In this document: positions 1 to 12,904 of the stretch, in pieces | Numbering within the stretch: position 1 is the stretch's first letter | Layout of the letters: every line of letters begins with the position of its first letter | Source of the DNA: the human T2T-CHM13v2.0 reference genome, Homo sapiens | Assembly: GCF_009914755.1 (NCBI RefSeq) | Contig: NC_060942.1 | Length of the DNA stretch: 64,000 nt | Direction: 5' to 3' (one strand) | Notes under the pieces: model-generated | Told to the model about the DNA's origin: nothing | What the model saw: only the letters and a program-made list of their open reading frames with translations | Database searches by the model: none | Program-made: the position numbers and the translations under genes

Positions 1-447
1 GTACTGTTTAGTGTCGTTCTGTGTGGGACTCGGATTTGTAAAGCCCCTGCACTTGTAATTCACCAAAGTTTCCCAGACACAGTTCCAGTGGCACATTCCA
101 AGCCTTTTGTTTCCAGTGCAGTATTGGGACTTGGTTGTAACTACAAAAACTCTGATGATAAATGCCTGGGATTCTGGTTGGAAACACCTGTCAGAAGGAC
201 TTCAAGAAAGGTTTTAGAGCCTAGGGTCTTCTGAGTAGCAGTACCTGTTGACTGACCTGCTGTGTGCTCTGTTAGAAAATTATGTTGGAAAATACTCTGT
301 GTACTTGGCGACAAGCCTTTCTGAGCCAGGCATGTGTTGATATGACATGGCGGCTTCAAACAGTCCTGCAGGTGCTGTGGTATATTACTTAAGCTTTTTT
401 GATTCCAAGTAACAAAAACCAAGTGATTTGTGCTTAAGCATAAAAGA

Positions 448-448
<1 letters not shown>

Positions 449-489
<41 letters not shown>
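449..489. repeat. (CA)n microsatellite, about 20 units
   Basis: Uninterrupted AC run. Confidence 0.97.
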
Positions 490-493
<4 letters not shown>

Positions 494-494
494 A

Positions 495-887
495 ATTTTA
501 CTTTAAGTTCCAGGATACGTGTGCAGAGTGTGCAAGTATGTTACCTACATATACATGTGCCATGGTGGTTTGCTGCACCTATCAACCCGTCATCTAGATT
601 TTAAGCCCCGCGTGCATTAGGTATTTGTCCTAAGCTCTCCCTCCTCTTGCCCCCCACTCCTCGAAAGGCCCTGGTGTGTGTTGTTCCCCTCCCTGTGTCC
701 ATGTGTTGTCATTGTTCAACTCCCACTTATGAGTTTGAACATGCTGTGTTTGGTTTTCTGTTCCTGTGTGTGTTTGCTGAGGTTGCTGGCTTCCATCTTC
801 ACACTGCAAAGGACATGATCTCATTCTTTTTTATGGCTGCAGAGTATTCCATGGTGTATTTGTACCACATTTTCTTTATCCAGTCTA
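495..887 (-). mobile_element. L1PA (older, about L1PA7-PA10) 3' end fragment
   Basis: Reverse-strand L1 3'UTR motifs: ttttactttaagttcc, catgtgccatggtggtttgctgcacctatcaacc, ttttaagccccgcgtgcattag, tttttatggctgcagagtattccatgg. Confidence 0.85.
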
Positions 888-1011
888 TTTTGGTGGAGAT
901 GGGATCTCACTGTGTTGCCTAGGCTGGTCTTGAACTCCTAGGCTCAAGCAATCCTCCTGTCTCAGCCTCTCAAAATGCTGGGACTACAGGCATGAGCCAC
1001 CATGCCTGGCC
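888..1011 (-). mobile_element. Alu monomer (FLAM or AluJ left arm)
   Basis: gagatgggatctcactgtgttgcctaggctggtcttgaactcc...catgagccaccatgcctggcc; only one arm is present. Confidence 0.85.
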
Positions 1012-2959
1012 TAATTTTGTTCTAACATCTCAGTAAATTTAGACTAATCAGTAGATATTTTCAGATAAAATATAAATTCTATCAGTTTTATGAGCACATA
1101 CATTTATAGATTTGTGGAATAAAATTTGTATTTTGTGGTGTTATGTTTGAAAATAAAAATAAAATTCAATAATGAAAAAAGGAAAATAAGAATACAGGCC
1201 TGCCTCATAGGGAGAACTGGTCTAGGACTTGGAAGCCTATCTTAAGCCAGTTCTCTCTGCCCCTCACCCCCATGTCTCTGCCTCCCTTCATTTTTTCTTC
1301 TCTCTGAGGGCTGTCCCAGGGTCAGGGACACTTTAAATAAAGTAATCTCTGGGATTTACTTCTGTAGAAGAGAGGACCACTTCAAAAGACTCACTGTGAA
1401 TTTATGAAAAACACCTGAAGCCATCATATGGCGCTTATGTTGCTCTTGATACTTCTTTCTTTTACCTGCTACACCCCACATGAGTAAGAGCACAAGACTG
1501 AGCTGTTTAGGGTGCTCCAGGCAGAGAAGGCATGGAAGCTTGGAAAGCGTTTTCTAAGTCTTTTCTGCTACACTTAATTTTTGCTCATTACTGTTTGTAT
1601 ATAATCCTTATCATTTCATAGCTCCTGGCACAGTTGTGAATCTGAATCTTGAAGGGATCTCTGAAGATCACTCAGACACAGTCACCTAGACAGAAACCAT
1701 AACAGGTCTCCACCCACCGTTATTAAATCATGCATATGGTTAGGAAGTGCTTGCCTTGTAAAGTTAGTGATGGCTGGGCAGCTCCTAACTGCGCTCCTAT
1801 TGATCTAGGTCCGTCTGTAACTTCCTCCAAGGTGCACATGTTCCCTTTGCAGCAATACAGAATAAGGCCTGTCCTTATCAATGACTTCAAATTCCTGAAT
1901 ATGTAAGAAGTCACTCTGTCATTCACTTAAAGATATTTAAATGCCTAACGTTTACTGGGCAGTGATTAAGTGCTATGGATGTCAGATTTTAAAATGTTTG
2001 GCAAACATTTGGAATAGCAACTGGACAAGCTTCTGAGGAAGTGGGAGAGGGCAGAAGAGAAGTGGAAGCTTTCCAAGGACACCTCAGCCCCAGGAAGACT
2101 GGGTATCATCAATCTGATGTAGAAACGTCCTCTTTATTCAGTCACCCGGTGGTTTACAAAGTCTTTGACATGGGAGCCAGAAGTCACAATGTAAGGTTAG
2201 CCCTCTAATATAGGAATGTGGGTTTCATGTTGCGGAGGTGATGGAAGGACAAGAGCCAGGGCATTGTAAGTGACAGGGAGGATCGTGGATGGGATAAGCC
2301 AGGCTACCCCAGCTAGGAAGGAAAAGAGGGAAAAGTCAGGAAGGAAAAGGGCTGATGGCTGGGAAGAGATGGACAAACTAATGAAAGAGACTAAAAGTTC
2401 AGTCAAATGAATTTAGAGAGGACATTAATCCTTGGTAATATAATAATAAAGTACTTGTATAAAGTTCTTGTATGTTCTCAGGAGTAGGGATTGCTGATAC
2501 CATGTACCAATATGGAGGAGAGATATATAGGCTGATTGGTTTCAAAAAAAGACCATATTGGTCATCTTATGTGTATTTAACTTAGGATAATACTGGATAT
2601 AGTTTTCATTTTAAATAGTGTAAGTTTGCATTCATAACTTGGCATAAAGTGTTTTATCTCAAGAACTTACTAAACTTGCTCTTTAAAGTTCATTGCAGCC
2701 AATTGGTACACAAATAGTTTTAGAGTGTTCTATTGTTCTTCCTGAGAATTAGACTAAGTAATGTGAGAGGAGTCTTAAAATGTTAAATGAAAAGGCTCAG
2801 TTTTAGGCAATTTTTGAGAGCTCATCATTTTCAAGCACAGGAAAACTTTTTTAAAAACCTTATAGAAGCCAACTGGAATTGAACATTTTAAAAATTGCTA
2901 TGGATAATATACAATGTAAATAATAATTCTTTGCCAATTTAAATGGTAAATTATCAGAA

Positions 2960-2960
<1 letters not shown>

Positions 2961-3008
<48 letters not shown>
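2961..3008. repeat. (CA)n microsatellite, about 21 units plus degenerate end
   Basis: AC run seen directly. Confidence 0.97.
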
Positions 3009-3812
3009 CCCTCCTATGAATGAACCATTTTCTGGCTTTGGATTTATTCTGTCTTTAATGAGTCATTTTGAAATATGTGTTTTAATCAACAGAAGGAGTG
3101 CTAATTACTCACGTAACTGCTTCAAATTATTATGTACTTATTTTTTATGGGCTACATGTATGCCTTTAGGTTGGTGTCATAGGTCCATAGGGGCAGAAAA
3201 CACGGAAGGTGCTATACTTTCTCTTAGGAAATCTCACATTGGTCTGTGTATTATGAGGACAGAAATGATTTTTAATATCTGGTATGAGTTGAGCTCTGTT
3301 TTTGTTTTATTTCTTTAATTTCTGCTTCTTTTAGTATCAGTAGTCTTATTTATTGATTTAAGCATTGTTAGTTGATTTTTTTTTCCTTTATTTCAAGTAA
3401 CTGAAAATTTAGATGTCACATTTCTGACAGCCATATCATTTGGTTGATCTCCGTCATTAGTTTCTCTTGGGGCCTGATCGATTGTTCACAGTTTTGGCTG
3501 TCATTCTTACTGCCCCATGGCTGTGGGTGTTTCTGTCAAAGAGAACTGTGAATTGAGAATATAGTGGCAGTTTCATGGCTTGTTGGCAAGGTGACCACGT
3601 AATTTGTCATCTGAACAAAAGTGCTTTTGGCTAATAACAGTGATGCCAGGACAACATGCTTAACCCATTTCAAACCAGGACATATGGGCACTCAACTTAT
3701 AGGTGACCATTTTGCACTTCAGAGCCTTAAATTGTCCATGTTTCTGCAAATCTCTCTCTTACATAAGACTGTACTTTTCACACCAAATTCCAAAGATTTG
3801 GAAACCCAAATC

Positions 3813-4138
3813 TTTTTTTTTTTTTTTTTACTGAGTCAGGGTCTTGCTTTGTCACCCAGGCTGGAGTACAATGGCATGATCTTGGCTCGGTGCAGCCTTG
3901 ACTTCTGAGACTTAAGCAATCCTTCCACCTCAGCCCCCCAAGTAGCTGGTACTACAGATGCATGCCACCACTTCTGGCTAATTTGTGTTGTTTTAGGAGA
4001 GACAGTGTTTCACCATGTTGCCCAGGCTTGTCTGGAACTCCTGGACTCAACCCATCCTCCTGCTTTGGCCTCAAGTGATCCTCCTGCCTTGGCCTCCCAA
4101 AGTGCTGGGATTACAAGCATGAGTGACCGCACCTGGCC
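3813..4138 (-). mobile_element. AluJ element with internal 24-bp duplication
   Basis: Poly-T, both arms, ends acctggcc; TSD caaatctt on both sides. Confidence 0.93.
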
Positions 4139-5689
4139 CAAATCTTACTTTATATGCAGAACTATGCGGTAGAAGTGGTGCCTTCCTAGAATAGCAGTTT
4201 TAATCAGGGCTAAATAATGTGCAGTACTCTTTTTATATTAGACATATTTTAATGGAACATGACCCAAAATGTGCATTTTTTTAGATGAAAGTTTGGGTCT
4301 TCAGAGAAATACCACGTTTGCAGCAAGTTGCTTAATAGAGCATCCCCAGGCCTCTCTGGTTTCTCTCCACTTAGACCAAAGTGGTACTTTGGTCTACATG
4401 TTTGAAAAGAGCTGACTTAAGTGACCATACATTTTGAAGATGAGAAAAACTGATTAACTCTGGTCTGAAAACGTTTGGACATTCCTGCTGCTCTTCTTTT
4501 GTCAAATAGAGACATAAAGGTTATGACTGGGGGGATGGAGAAGACCACTGAGGCCTCACATCTCTCTTAAAAATCTGCCTGATTAGGTGCCAGGAGAAGT
4601 TTCTTCTTTGTGTTACTCAATGTCTTGTCTTTAAACCTTCTGGTAAAAGGTGAATACACTCAAGGAAGGTGTTTGTTGATTCATTTAACAATTATGTTTG
4701 ATGTGTTTATTTTTTATATCTGTATTTTATATAACATGAAGTATTTACAGTAGCAGAAACATAAGAAATGAATTATTTCAACAGCTGGTACGATATTAGC
4801 GAGAGAACTTTGTTTAGAAAAATATCTTGACCTAAAACCTGAGGTCAAAGATTTTCAAGGGAACAAAAGTAATTAAACCATTCCGGATAAAAACAAGGAT
4901 TTGAAGATGGGAGGAGTGAGAAGAGATAGGACTGAGCTTTAAGGTAAAAACTCCAAGGATTTCTTTTTAATATTTAGCTGTCTATCATGAAGCCCTTTCT
5001 GTCTACTCCCTGAGAACTTCAGTTATGTGTGCTGCACAGGTAAACACCTGTGTCAGAGATTTTCCAGGGAGAGCAGAAGGAGAAAGGTGCTTTTTCAGTG
5101 AATGTGTGTGAAGCCCCAGTGTACTTGAGCATTCACAAGATTCATCAAGACAAAGATTTGAGCAAGAGCTCAAAGCCCAAAGAGTAAATGTTTTCCCACC
5201 TACTCAAAACTCCTTAGACAAATTGCTAGGCTAAAATGCAAGGCACCTTTAGATCAAAGTGCAGGGTTGAAGATAATTGCTTTTGTATTCAGAGGCGGGA
5301 TTTCTCAGCTTACCTCTGGGTTGAGTTCATAAGACTTTTATGCCTCCATGGAAAGTCTGAGAACATCCTGGTAATCAGGGATAAATTTAGAGAAGTGGAA
5401 GCAGGTGGTATCAAACACCAGCTTCTTTTCCATTTGCATAGACATATCCAAGGCCATGAATCCTTTGACATGGGCCAGAAGTTCTAAGTTGAATGGTATG
5501 AAGGAATTAAAATGACACCTGTAGCAACAGAAGAATATGTTAACTACAAGAAATTGGGATACAAAATCACAGTATTGAGAGTCTCAAGAGAAGTGTGTTG
5601 AACAATAATAGCAATTTTGTTTACTTCATGCTGAATCCTAGTATGTAGTATATTATTTCAACAGTATTTCAGTTATTATCATATTTTCA

Positions 5690-6000
<311 letters not shown>

Positions 6001-7136
6001 TGCTTAAAATAGAACAAAGCTTGTCATTTTTTAAAAACATGACTCATTTGATGTGGTCTTGTACAATAAGGCATTGATTTCTGGAGCTAGTGATATATTC
6101 ATAAACAAACCATTTCCTCTGTCAAAGAATCTTTTTAAAATATAGATATTGGATACCCAAGTTATTAATATTTATTAGGACACAAATAGATATCCATTTT
6201 TACTGGCTTATATTCTTCTGTATTGTGTGTATGAAATAAAGAGCATTTCCCCAAGTTTGAAAATACTCATTCCTTCATCATAAAACAAAATTCACTTCTA
6301 ACAAAGAACTATAAAATACTGTAAAAGTTAATTAAGTCTTGATTTATGCACTTAAGGATTAGCCTTTCAGGATTTCAGTGATATATAATTCAATCTTTTT
6401 ATTATCTTAATATAAATAAGCTTGACAATTATTTCGTGATCTTAGTTTCATTCAATTTTTACTTAGTGAGATGGCCTGATATTCAATTCTTATTCCAGAA
6501 TGAGAAACATATCCCTTAAAATAATAGAAGTCTTTGCTGCTTTAGCATATGAGAGTGATTAGGATTTTACATTCCTTCTAGAATCTATTTTATATGGAAA
6601 TGTGTACACTTGTAGGGTAATAACCTTCATAAGTCATTTGAGATTTCTACTTAATCAGATTCTGCCCATTTCTGCTAACATATTGCATAGCCAAATACAT
6701 ATGTGTATAAAAGTACTTGTTTATCAGTCAGATGTTAAAGAGACTTCCCACGTGGCAAAATAACAAACCAACATAGAACAGGAAGACCCTTAGCCTTTAA
6801 AAGTTGATTTTAAGAGAAGAGCATAATTTCTGAATTAGTATCAAAGATTAGATAAAGAAGATCCAAGTGAAAAACTATCAATTTACTGCAGTTTTAGAAA
6901 AACGATTGACTAGATACAAAGACAAGTCTTATATTTTAAAAAAATTGCAAATAAAGAAGTAGAATTTATCACTGGGTCACTTTTTATCTGTTAGCGATTT
7001 CTTCCATCTCTAGCCCCAGCCCCTGTCTTCTGTCTCTTCTCCACGCCTCTGTCTACCCCATCCCTTCACTGTTATCTCCTATCACTGTCCCCTGGTTAGT
7101 TGTCTTTATGCACATGGCCGTTCATTGTTTCTTTCT

Positions 7137-7432
7137 TTTTTTTGTTTTTTGAGACAGGGTCTCACCCTGTCACCCAGGCTAGAGTGCAATGATAACAATC
7201 TGGGTTCACAACAACCTCCGCCTCCCGAGCTCAAGCCATTCTCCTGCTTCAGCTTCCCAAGTAGCTGGAATTACTGGCACGTGCCACCACACCAGGCTAA
7301 TTTTTTACTTTTAGTAGAGATGGGGTTTCGCCATGTTGGCCAGACTGGTCTGGAACTCCTGGCCACAAGTGATCCTCCCACCTTGGTCTCCCAAAGTGCT
7401 GGGAATACAGGTGTGCACCACCGTGCCCAGCC
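7137..7432 (-). mobile_element. Alu (old S or Jb)
   Basis: Full dimer on the reverse strand; diverged TSD cattgtttctttct / cactgttgctttct. Confidence 0.93.
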
Positions 7433-8129
7433 CACTGTTGCTTTCTAAACACCTTCCAGTCTGATTATCCATCCTGATGATCATTCTTAGGTATGTAGAT
7501 CCCTAATCTGATAACCTGATTTTTCAGGTTATCAGAGGCCCATAATGCTTGGGCCCTTAGTCTCACTCCCGGAAAATTTATTAAATAAATGTAGATATAA
7601 TATGTGTGTTTTTGTATTTAGAGATAGCACCTTCAGCATGTTTTTAATTCATGGGCATTTTCAATATGAACTGTTGTCCAGAACTTGCCCATTAAAACCA
7701 TATGTGTAAACCATATGTGTAATACTTTCTATGCTGCCTCCCAGAGCCCGACTTAGCAGTGGCCTTAATCAATAAATTATTCATTATTTAAGCTAATATT
7801 TATTAAATACTTACTATATCAGACACTGGAGTTAGGGGGTCATTGTACTAGTCTGGGTAAAAGAAGAGCGTATTTCTGCCTTGCTAGTACATCAGCTGGC
7901 TGAATAACAATAGCATTTACCAAGAGAGCACGACGAGGAAGATGAAGTGCAAAAAAGATCATGAATGTAGTCATGACAGTGTCTCCTTCACCACTGTGCC
8001 CTTTAATATTGGCAATAACATCTCAAATGCTGGCAAAGTCAATGACTTTTAATTTATACTCTTTGGTTTTTACTTGTAGAGCATTCTAATCCCACTGAAT
8101 CCCTCAGGAAATGAATGTGTAGGTCTTTC

Positions 8130-8940
8130 ATTCTCTTTCTCACCAACACCAGGGCTGGGCCTTCCCTATGCAATGGCTTACTGCCTGTATATCCTACATG
8201 GAGGCTGTGGTAACTTCCTGTCTGGTTCATTCATATGGGTTCTCTCACCTCAAGATCAGTTTGACCACCCTGACATACCTGCCTGCCTGGAGTTCCCTCC
8301 CTCATACCTGTCCTGCCTGGAGTGCCTCTCCTCCACCTGTCCTGCCTGGAGTGCCCCTCCCCCACCTGTCCTGCCTGGAGTGCCTCCCCCACACCTGTCC
8401 TGTCTGGAGTGCCTCCCCCACACCTGTCCTGTTTGGAGTGCCCCTCCTCCACCTGTCCTGCCTGGAGCACCCCTCCCCCACACCTGTCCTGCCATCAGTG
8501 CCCCTCCCTAACACTTGTCCTGCCTGGAGTGCCCCTCCCCCACCTGTCCTACCTGGAGTGTCTCCCCCACACCTGTCCTGCCTGGAGTGCCCTCTCCTCA
8601 TGCTTGCTTGGCCACTTTCTGTCTACTCTTCTAGTCTTAGCTGGAGTGTCACCTCTTTTGGGAAACCATCCTGTGCTGGCTCCCTGCCACCATCCTCCCA
8701 CATCCCCACTAAGAATTCCTTCCTTCCCTCTGTGTACTCTTTTGTATCTTGTATATGCCTCTATCACTGTCCTGATAAACATCTGTCATTCTCAGCAGTT
8801 TACATGTCAGTCTTCCCCACCAATGTGAGCTCCTCGAGAGTAGAGATTGTGTCTTATATACTTATTCAGTTTAGTATCTCCTGCATCAGTATAGTGCCTG
8901 GCACACAGTGAGCCTGCAGGAAATACTGGCTAAATTGAGT
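8130..8940 (+). mobile_element. L2 fossil (3' part) containing the minisatellite
   Basis: L2-like 3' end tgtgagctcctcgagagtagagattgtgtctt...agtgcctggcacacagtgagc, and tgtcacctcttttgggaaaccatcc. Confidence 0.65.
8277..8600. repeat. Minisatellite/VNTR, about 11 copies of a 29-bp unit (acctgtcctgcctggagtgcccctccccc)
   Basis: Unit starts at 8277, 8306, 8335, 8364, 8393, 8422, 8451, 8482, 8513, 8542, 8571 (period 29, with two 31-bp units). Confidence 0.95.
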
Positions 8941-11039
8941 GTTTTCCTCCTGATGTCTTCCCAATGTCCACAGGATGAGATTGAAACTTTCCTGCCCCCT
9001 GTGTGATCTGACCATCCGTGTGGCTGAGGTGGCCTGTCTGCATGCCTCGGCCCTGTGATCCAGTTGCATTCCGTGCACCGCAGCCTTTTGCTACTGATGT
9101 TATCCTTGCCCAGATGTGTTCCTTCTTTTTCCCTGCGAAGTAAACAGCGCAGACCAATCCATTCCTTTAAGCAAGAGCACAGGTGCCACCATCTTTAAAA
9201 AGCGCACACAAGTCGATGCCAATCTGTGTTATGTCTCTCTTCTCAGAACCTTCAAGGAAGATACTGCATATGCTTTGTACAATACAGTGTGGACATCATA
9301 TGCCATCTTTATTCACATAGTCCATGTAGATTACATTCATGCCTACCATAAAAGAAGACACTTTTTGAGCATAAAAGTTGTACCTTATACGTCTTTAATT
9401 TTCCCAGCAGCACTGAACATAGTTTGAGGTCTTAAGCTGGGTAACAAGTAATTGTTGCTGTAGGCAGAAAGGAGTGGAAAGTGATTTGAAAGCCTAGGCC
9501 CTGAAACTGGTTTCTCAACATGACTTCAAGGGAGTGTCCAATAGTTCTTCCCTCATCATGGTCCGTCAGTGTGAGAATTTGCTCAAAACCATGCATAAGG
9601 AATACTATGTCAAAGTGACTGTGTTAGTGGCATTTCTTAGTGCGTGTTCCGATAGTAATAGCCTGTGGACCTTGGGCATATTTTGAAGTTCATCTGTCTA
9701 TTTTAGTATAATACATTTTGAAATATTAAGTTCTTTCAATTCCATTATTGAAAACGTTTTGTCTGTTCTGTGTAGAGCACAGATGGGATCCCTCACATGA
9801 GGTGTCTTCTCTCAAAATGTATGTGAAGTAGCATCAACTTTACAGATAATCCAATGACAACATGAGGTGGTTCAACTGAGATTCTTAATACGGTGACAGG
9901 TACACAGTAGGTCCTCAATATGTTGATTGATGAATGAGATAGTTATTAAACTTTTGAAAGATTCTTTATATATGTTTTATATAAAAAATCACAAATTCTG
10001 TGTCATAAAATCTCACAAAAGATGAGTTTCTACGATTAATGGTAGAATAAAATGCCTGTGTACTACCCAAAATTTTCCTAAATTTCAACGTTGAATACTT
10101 GTGTTTTCTTTATACTTTGGATCTTTTTCTCCATTTTTGGAAGAGTGTGCGCTTGTTTGTATTTTACTCCCTCCTTGGAAAACGGTTGCCCATTCATTTG
10201 ATCTTTGAGAAATTTAAGCAATTACTTAATATTTATTTTTGTCTTTGCAATTTTGGTGTAAGTTTCGTGTTGTATAGGCTATTCGGTAGTAAACACTTTA
10301 GTTAGCACATGCTAATCACACTCTTAAATCTTCACCCACTTGAAGATAACTGATGTAACCTACTGGAAATTAAGGCTGTAAATTTTCGGGTAGAGATTTC
10401 AGTGTTGCTGCAATCAATACTTTGCAGATAGTGCTAACAGCTTTTTCTATGAAATATGTTGGCTAGTGGGTGGAAAATCAATGTCTGGGAATGAAAAACA
10501 GGTGTCAAGTTTGATAGGGACATCATGCGTTTGATATTTGGAGGCCAGAGGGGCCTGTCAACAAACACGGCAATAATTCCGTCAGATGCAGTATGTGTGG
10601 AATTAATAAAAATGCCAGAAACAAAGCAGTCTGGACAGAAAGCTAGTTCTGCAAAAAAACTCAGGGCAAAAATGTATCTTACTCGTGCACCTTAAGTGAA
10701 TGAATTACAGAAAGACATTGAGGTAGAGTTAAAATGAAGGCACGTTTGCAGCACTATAGAGTCTGACAGGAGAAAACAGTAGGCAGAGCAGTAAGAGGTA
10801 GCCACACCACCCCACTCAAAGGGACTCTGCCAAGTGTCCAGCAGATGTGTGGAGATATGACGGTTGCTGTAATAGAGTGCTGTGATTTAATTTGGAAGTC
10901 ACTGAACCCAAGCAAATCAGCAGTCTTTTCTAGGCCAGTCAAGCTTGGCCTCATTCAGGAGTTGGTGAAAATGATGAAGGCCTGAGTTAGCCAAGAAGAG
11001 AGAAGGAGCAAGGGATAAACAACTGAAGACACATTGATC

Positions 11040-12410
11040 ACATGCAAAACACTTGCCAAATACAGTGACCATCAGTGTCTTACAATAGAAAGGATGCACA
11101 GTTATTCAGTATTAGGGAACTATTTGTCTATTCAATAAATTAGGGGAAAAATAATGTTGAAAAAAGGGGACAAAATTATTAGTCATCGTTGTTCATAGTA
11201 TTCTCTTCCTGGAAAATGTAGAAGAATCCACTGAAAATCAATTAAAACTGTTACAAGAGTCCAGCAAATACATAGTTACAAAGTAACATATGTAAAAACC
11301 AGTAACTCTGGAGCCACATTGCTTGGATTCTAATTCTGGCCCTACTATCAGTTATGCAAACTTGGGCAAGTCTCCTTATATTTGTGCCTCAGGTTCCTCA
11401 TGTGTAAAAATGGGGATTGTTATGCATATGAAATAAATTATTATATATAAAACTTCATAATACTCCCTGTTACACAGTCCAACATAACGTTTCCTCTTAT
11501 TGTTGTTTCCACTGCTATTCCTAGCTTTCCTATAATCTTCATAGAAAATGTAATTAAGATTTCATTTACAGCATCAATAAAGAGTATACAATACCTAGGA
11601 TAAAATCTAACTAGAAATACTACAATAAATGGAGGAAGCCTTTATATTTTAGAGATGTCAGTTCTCCCAAGAGTAATCTACAAATTTAATATAATTTCAA
11701 TTAAAATCCCAAAAAGAATTATGAAGACTTGCAAAATATTTTTAAAGTTTATTTGGAGAATTATGGGCATGTGAAACTAATAAAAAATAAATTGAAACAG
11801 AAGCATTCAGGAGAGGATGATTTGCCCCCATCATATATTTAAATATGTTATAGCTCAGTAGGATAAAAATAGAAAATACAAGCATATTAAATTTAGAAAA
11901 GCGGCATTTCATACATAGGTAACCAGAAATGAGTTATTTACTAACTGGTTTGGGGCAGCAGAGTTATCATTTGGAAAAAAAATACAGTTAGATTAACCCC
12001 CTATAGGTTAAGGTTTAACCCCATAGAGATTAAGGTTTAACTGAAACAGATGAAGCCTTGGAAGTACTAAAAAAAAGGACAGGCAAATATTTTTTGTAGT
12101 TTTGAGCATTGAAAAGCCTGAGATTCTTCTCAGTATGATCTCAAAATTCAAAACCATTAAATAAAAGATTGATGAATTTGACTACATAGTTTTACATCTA
12201 TTCATATAAAAAATATTTTTAAAAGAGAAGGACAAATGACAACTTAGAGAAAAAATTTAAAATCTGAAGTAAAAATAACTTCAGTCTATTATAGGGTCTT
12301 AAAAATCAATTAAAAAATGAATACTATAATATAAAACTGGGCAAAGGATTATAACAGGCAATTTGTGAAAACAGAGATAAAAATACTTATTAAACATATT
12401 TTAAAAGTCA
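11040..12410 (+). mobile_element. Ancient L1M ORF2 fragments, with a MIR at about 11305-11500
   Basis: A-rich degenerate L1 motifs (aatacctaggataaaatctaac, agatgtcagttctccc, aaaagattgatgaatttgactacat); MIR core ttgggcaagtctcc...gtgcctcaggttcctcatgtgtaaaaatgggg. Confidence 0.7.
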
Positions 12411-12501
12411 GTACCAGCTCTAAGCACAGATGTAACTATACATATGTACTATACATACACTGTATGTATCATGACTATACACTATATGTATAGACACTAT
12501 A

Positions 12502-12827
12502 CAGTCATGTGTCACTCAACAATAAGGATATACTCTGAGAATGTGTCTTTCACCATTTCATGGTTGTGCAAACATCGTAGAGTGCACAGACACAAACCTA
12601 GATGGTAGAGCCAACTACACACCCAGGGTATATGGTGTGGCCCATTGCTCCTAGGCTACAAACCTGCACAGCATGTGACTATACTGAATACTGAAGGCAA
12701 CTGTAACACAATGGTATCTATTTGTGTAGAAAAGGTACAGTAAAAATGCGGTATTGTAATCTTATGGGACCACTGTCTTATACACAGTTTGTCATTGACC
12801 AAAATACCATTCTCTGGGGCATCACTG
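12502..12827 (-). mobile_element. Tigger3a/MER7-type MITE (TcMar)
   Basis: Termini cagtcatg...atcactg flanked by TA; internal cacaaacctagatggtagagcc...ctcctaggctacaaacctg...cttatgggaccac. Confidence 0.85.
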
Positions 12828-12904
12828 TATAGATTTGTTAACGTCTATCAAACCGAAAAGTTTGTTTTTAAATGATAGTACCTGAATTATGGACTGATAA
12901 CCTT

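Noticed and set aside
8277-8600. Resemblance to a CRISPR array (about 29-bp repeats)
   Set aside because: Units are contiguous with no unique spacers, there are no cas genes, and the DNA is primate genomic.
8168-8911. Overlapping ORFs of up to 247 aa on both strands
   Set aside because: They arise from a stop-poor GC-rich minisatellite whose 29-bp period cycles through the frames; the peptides are repetitive with no gene context.
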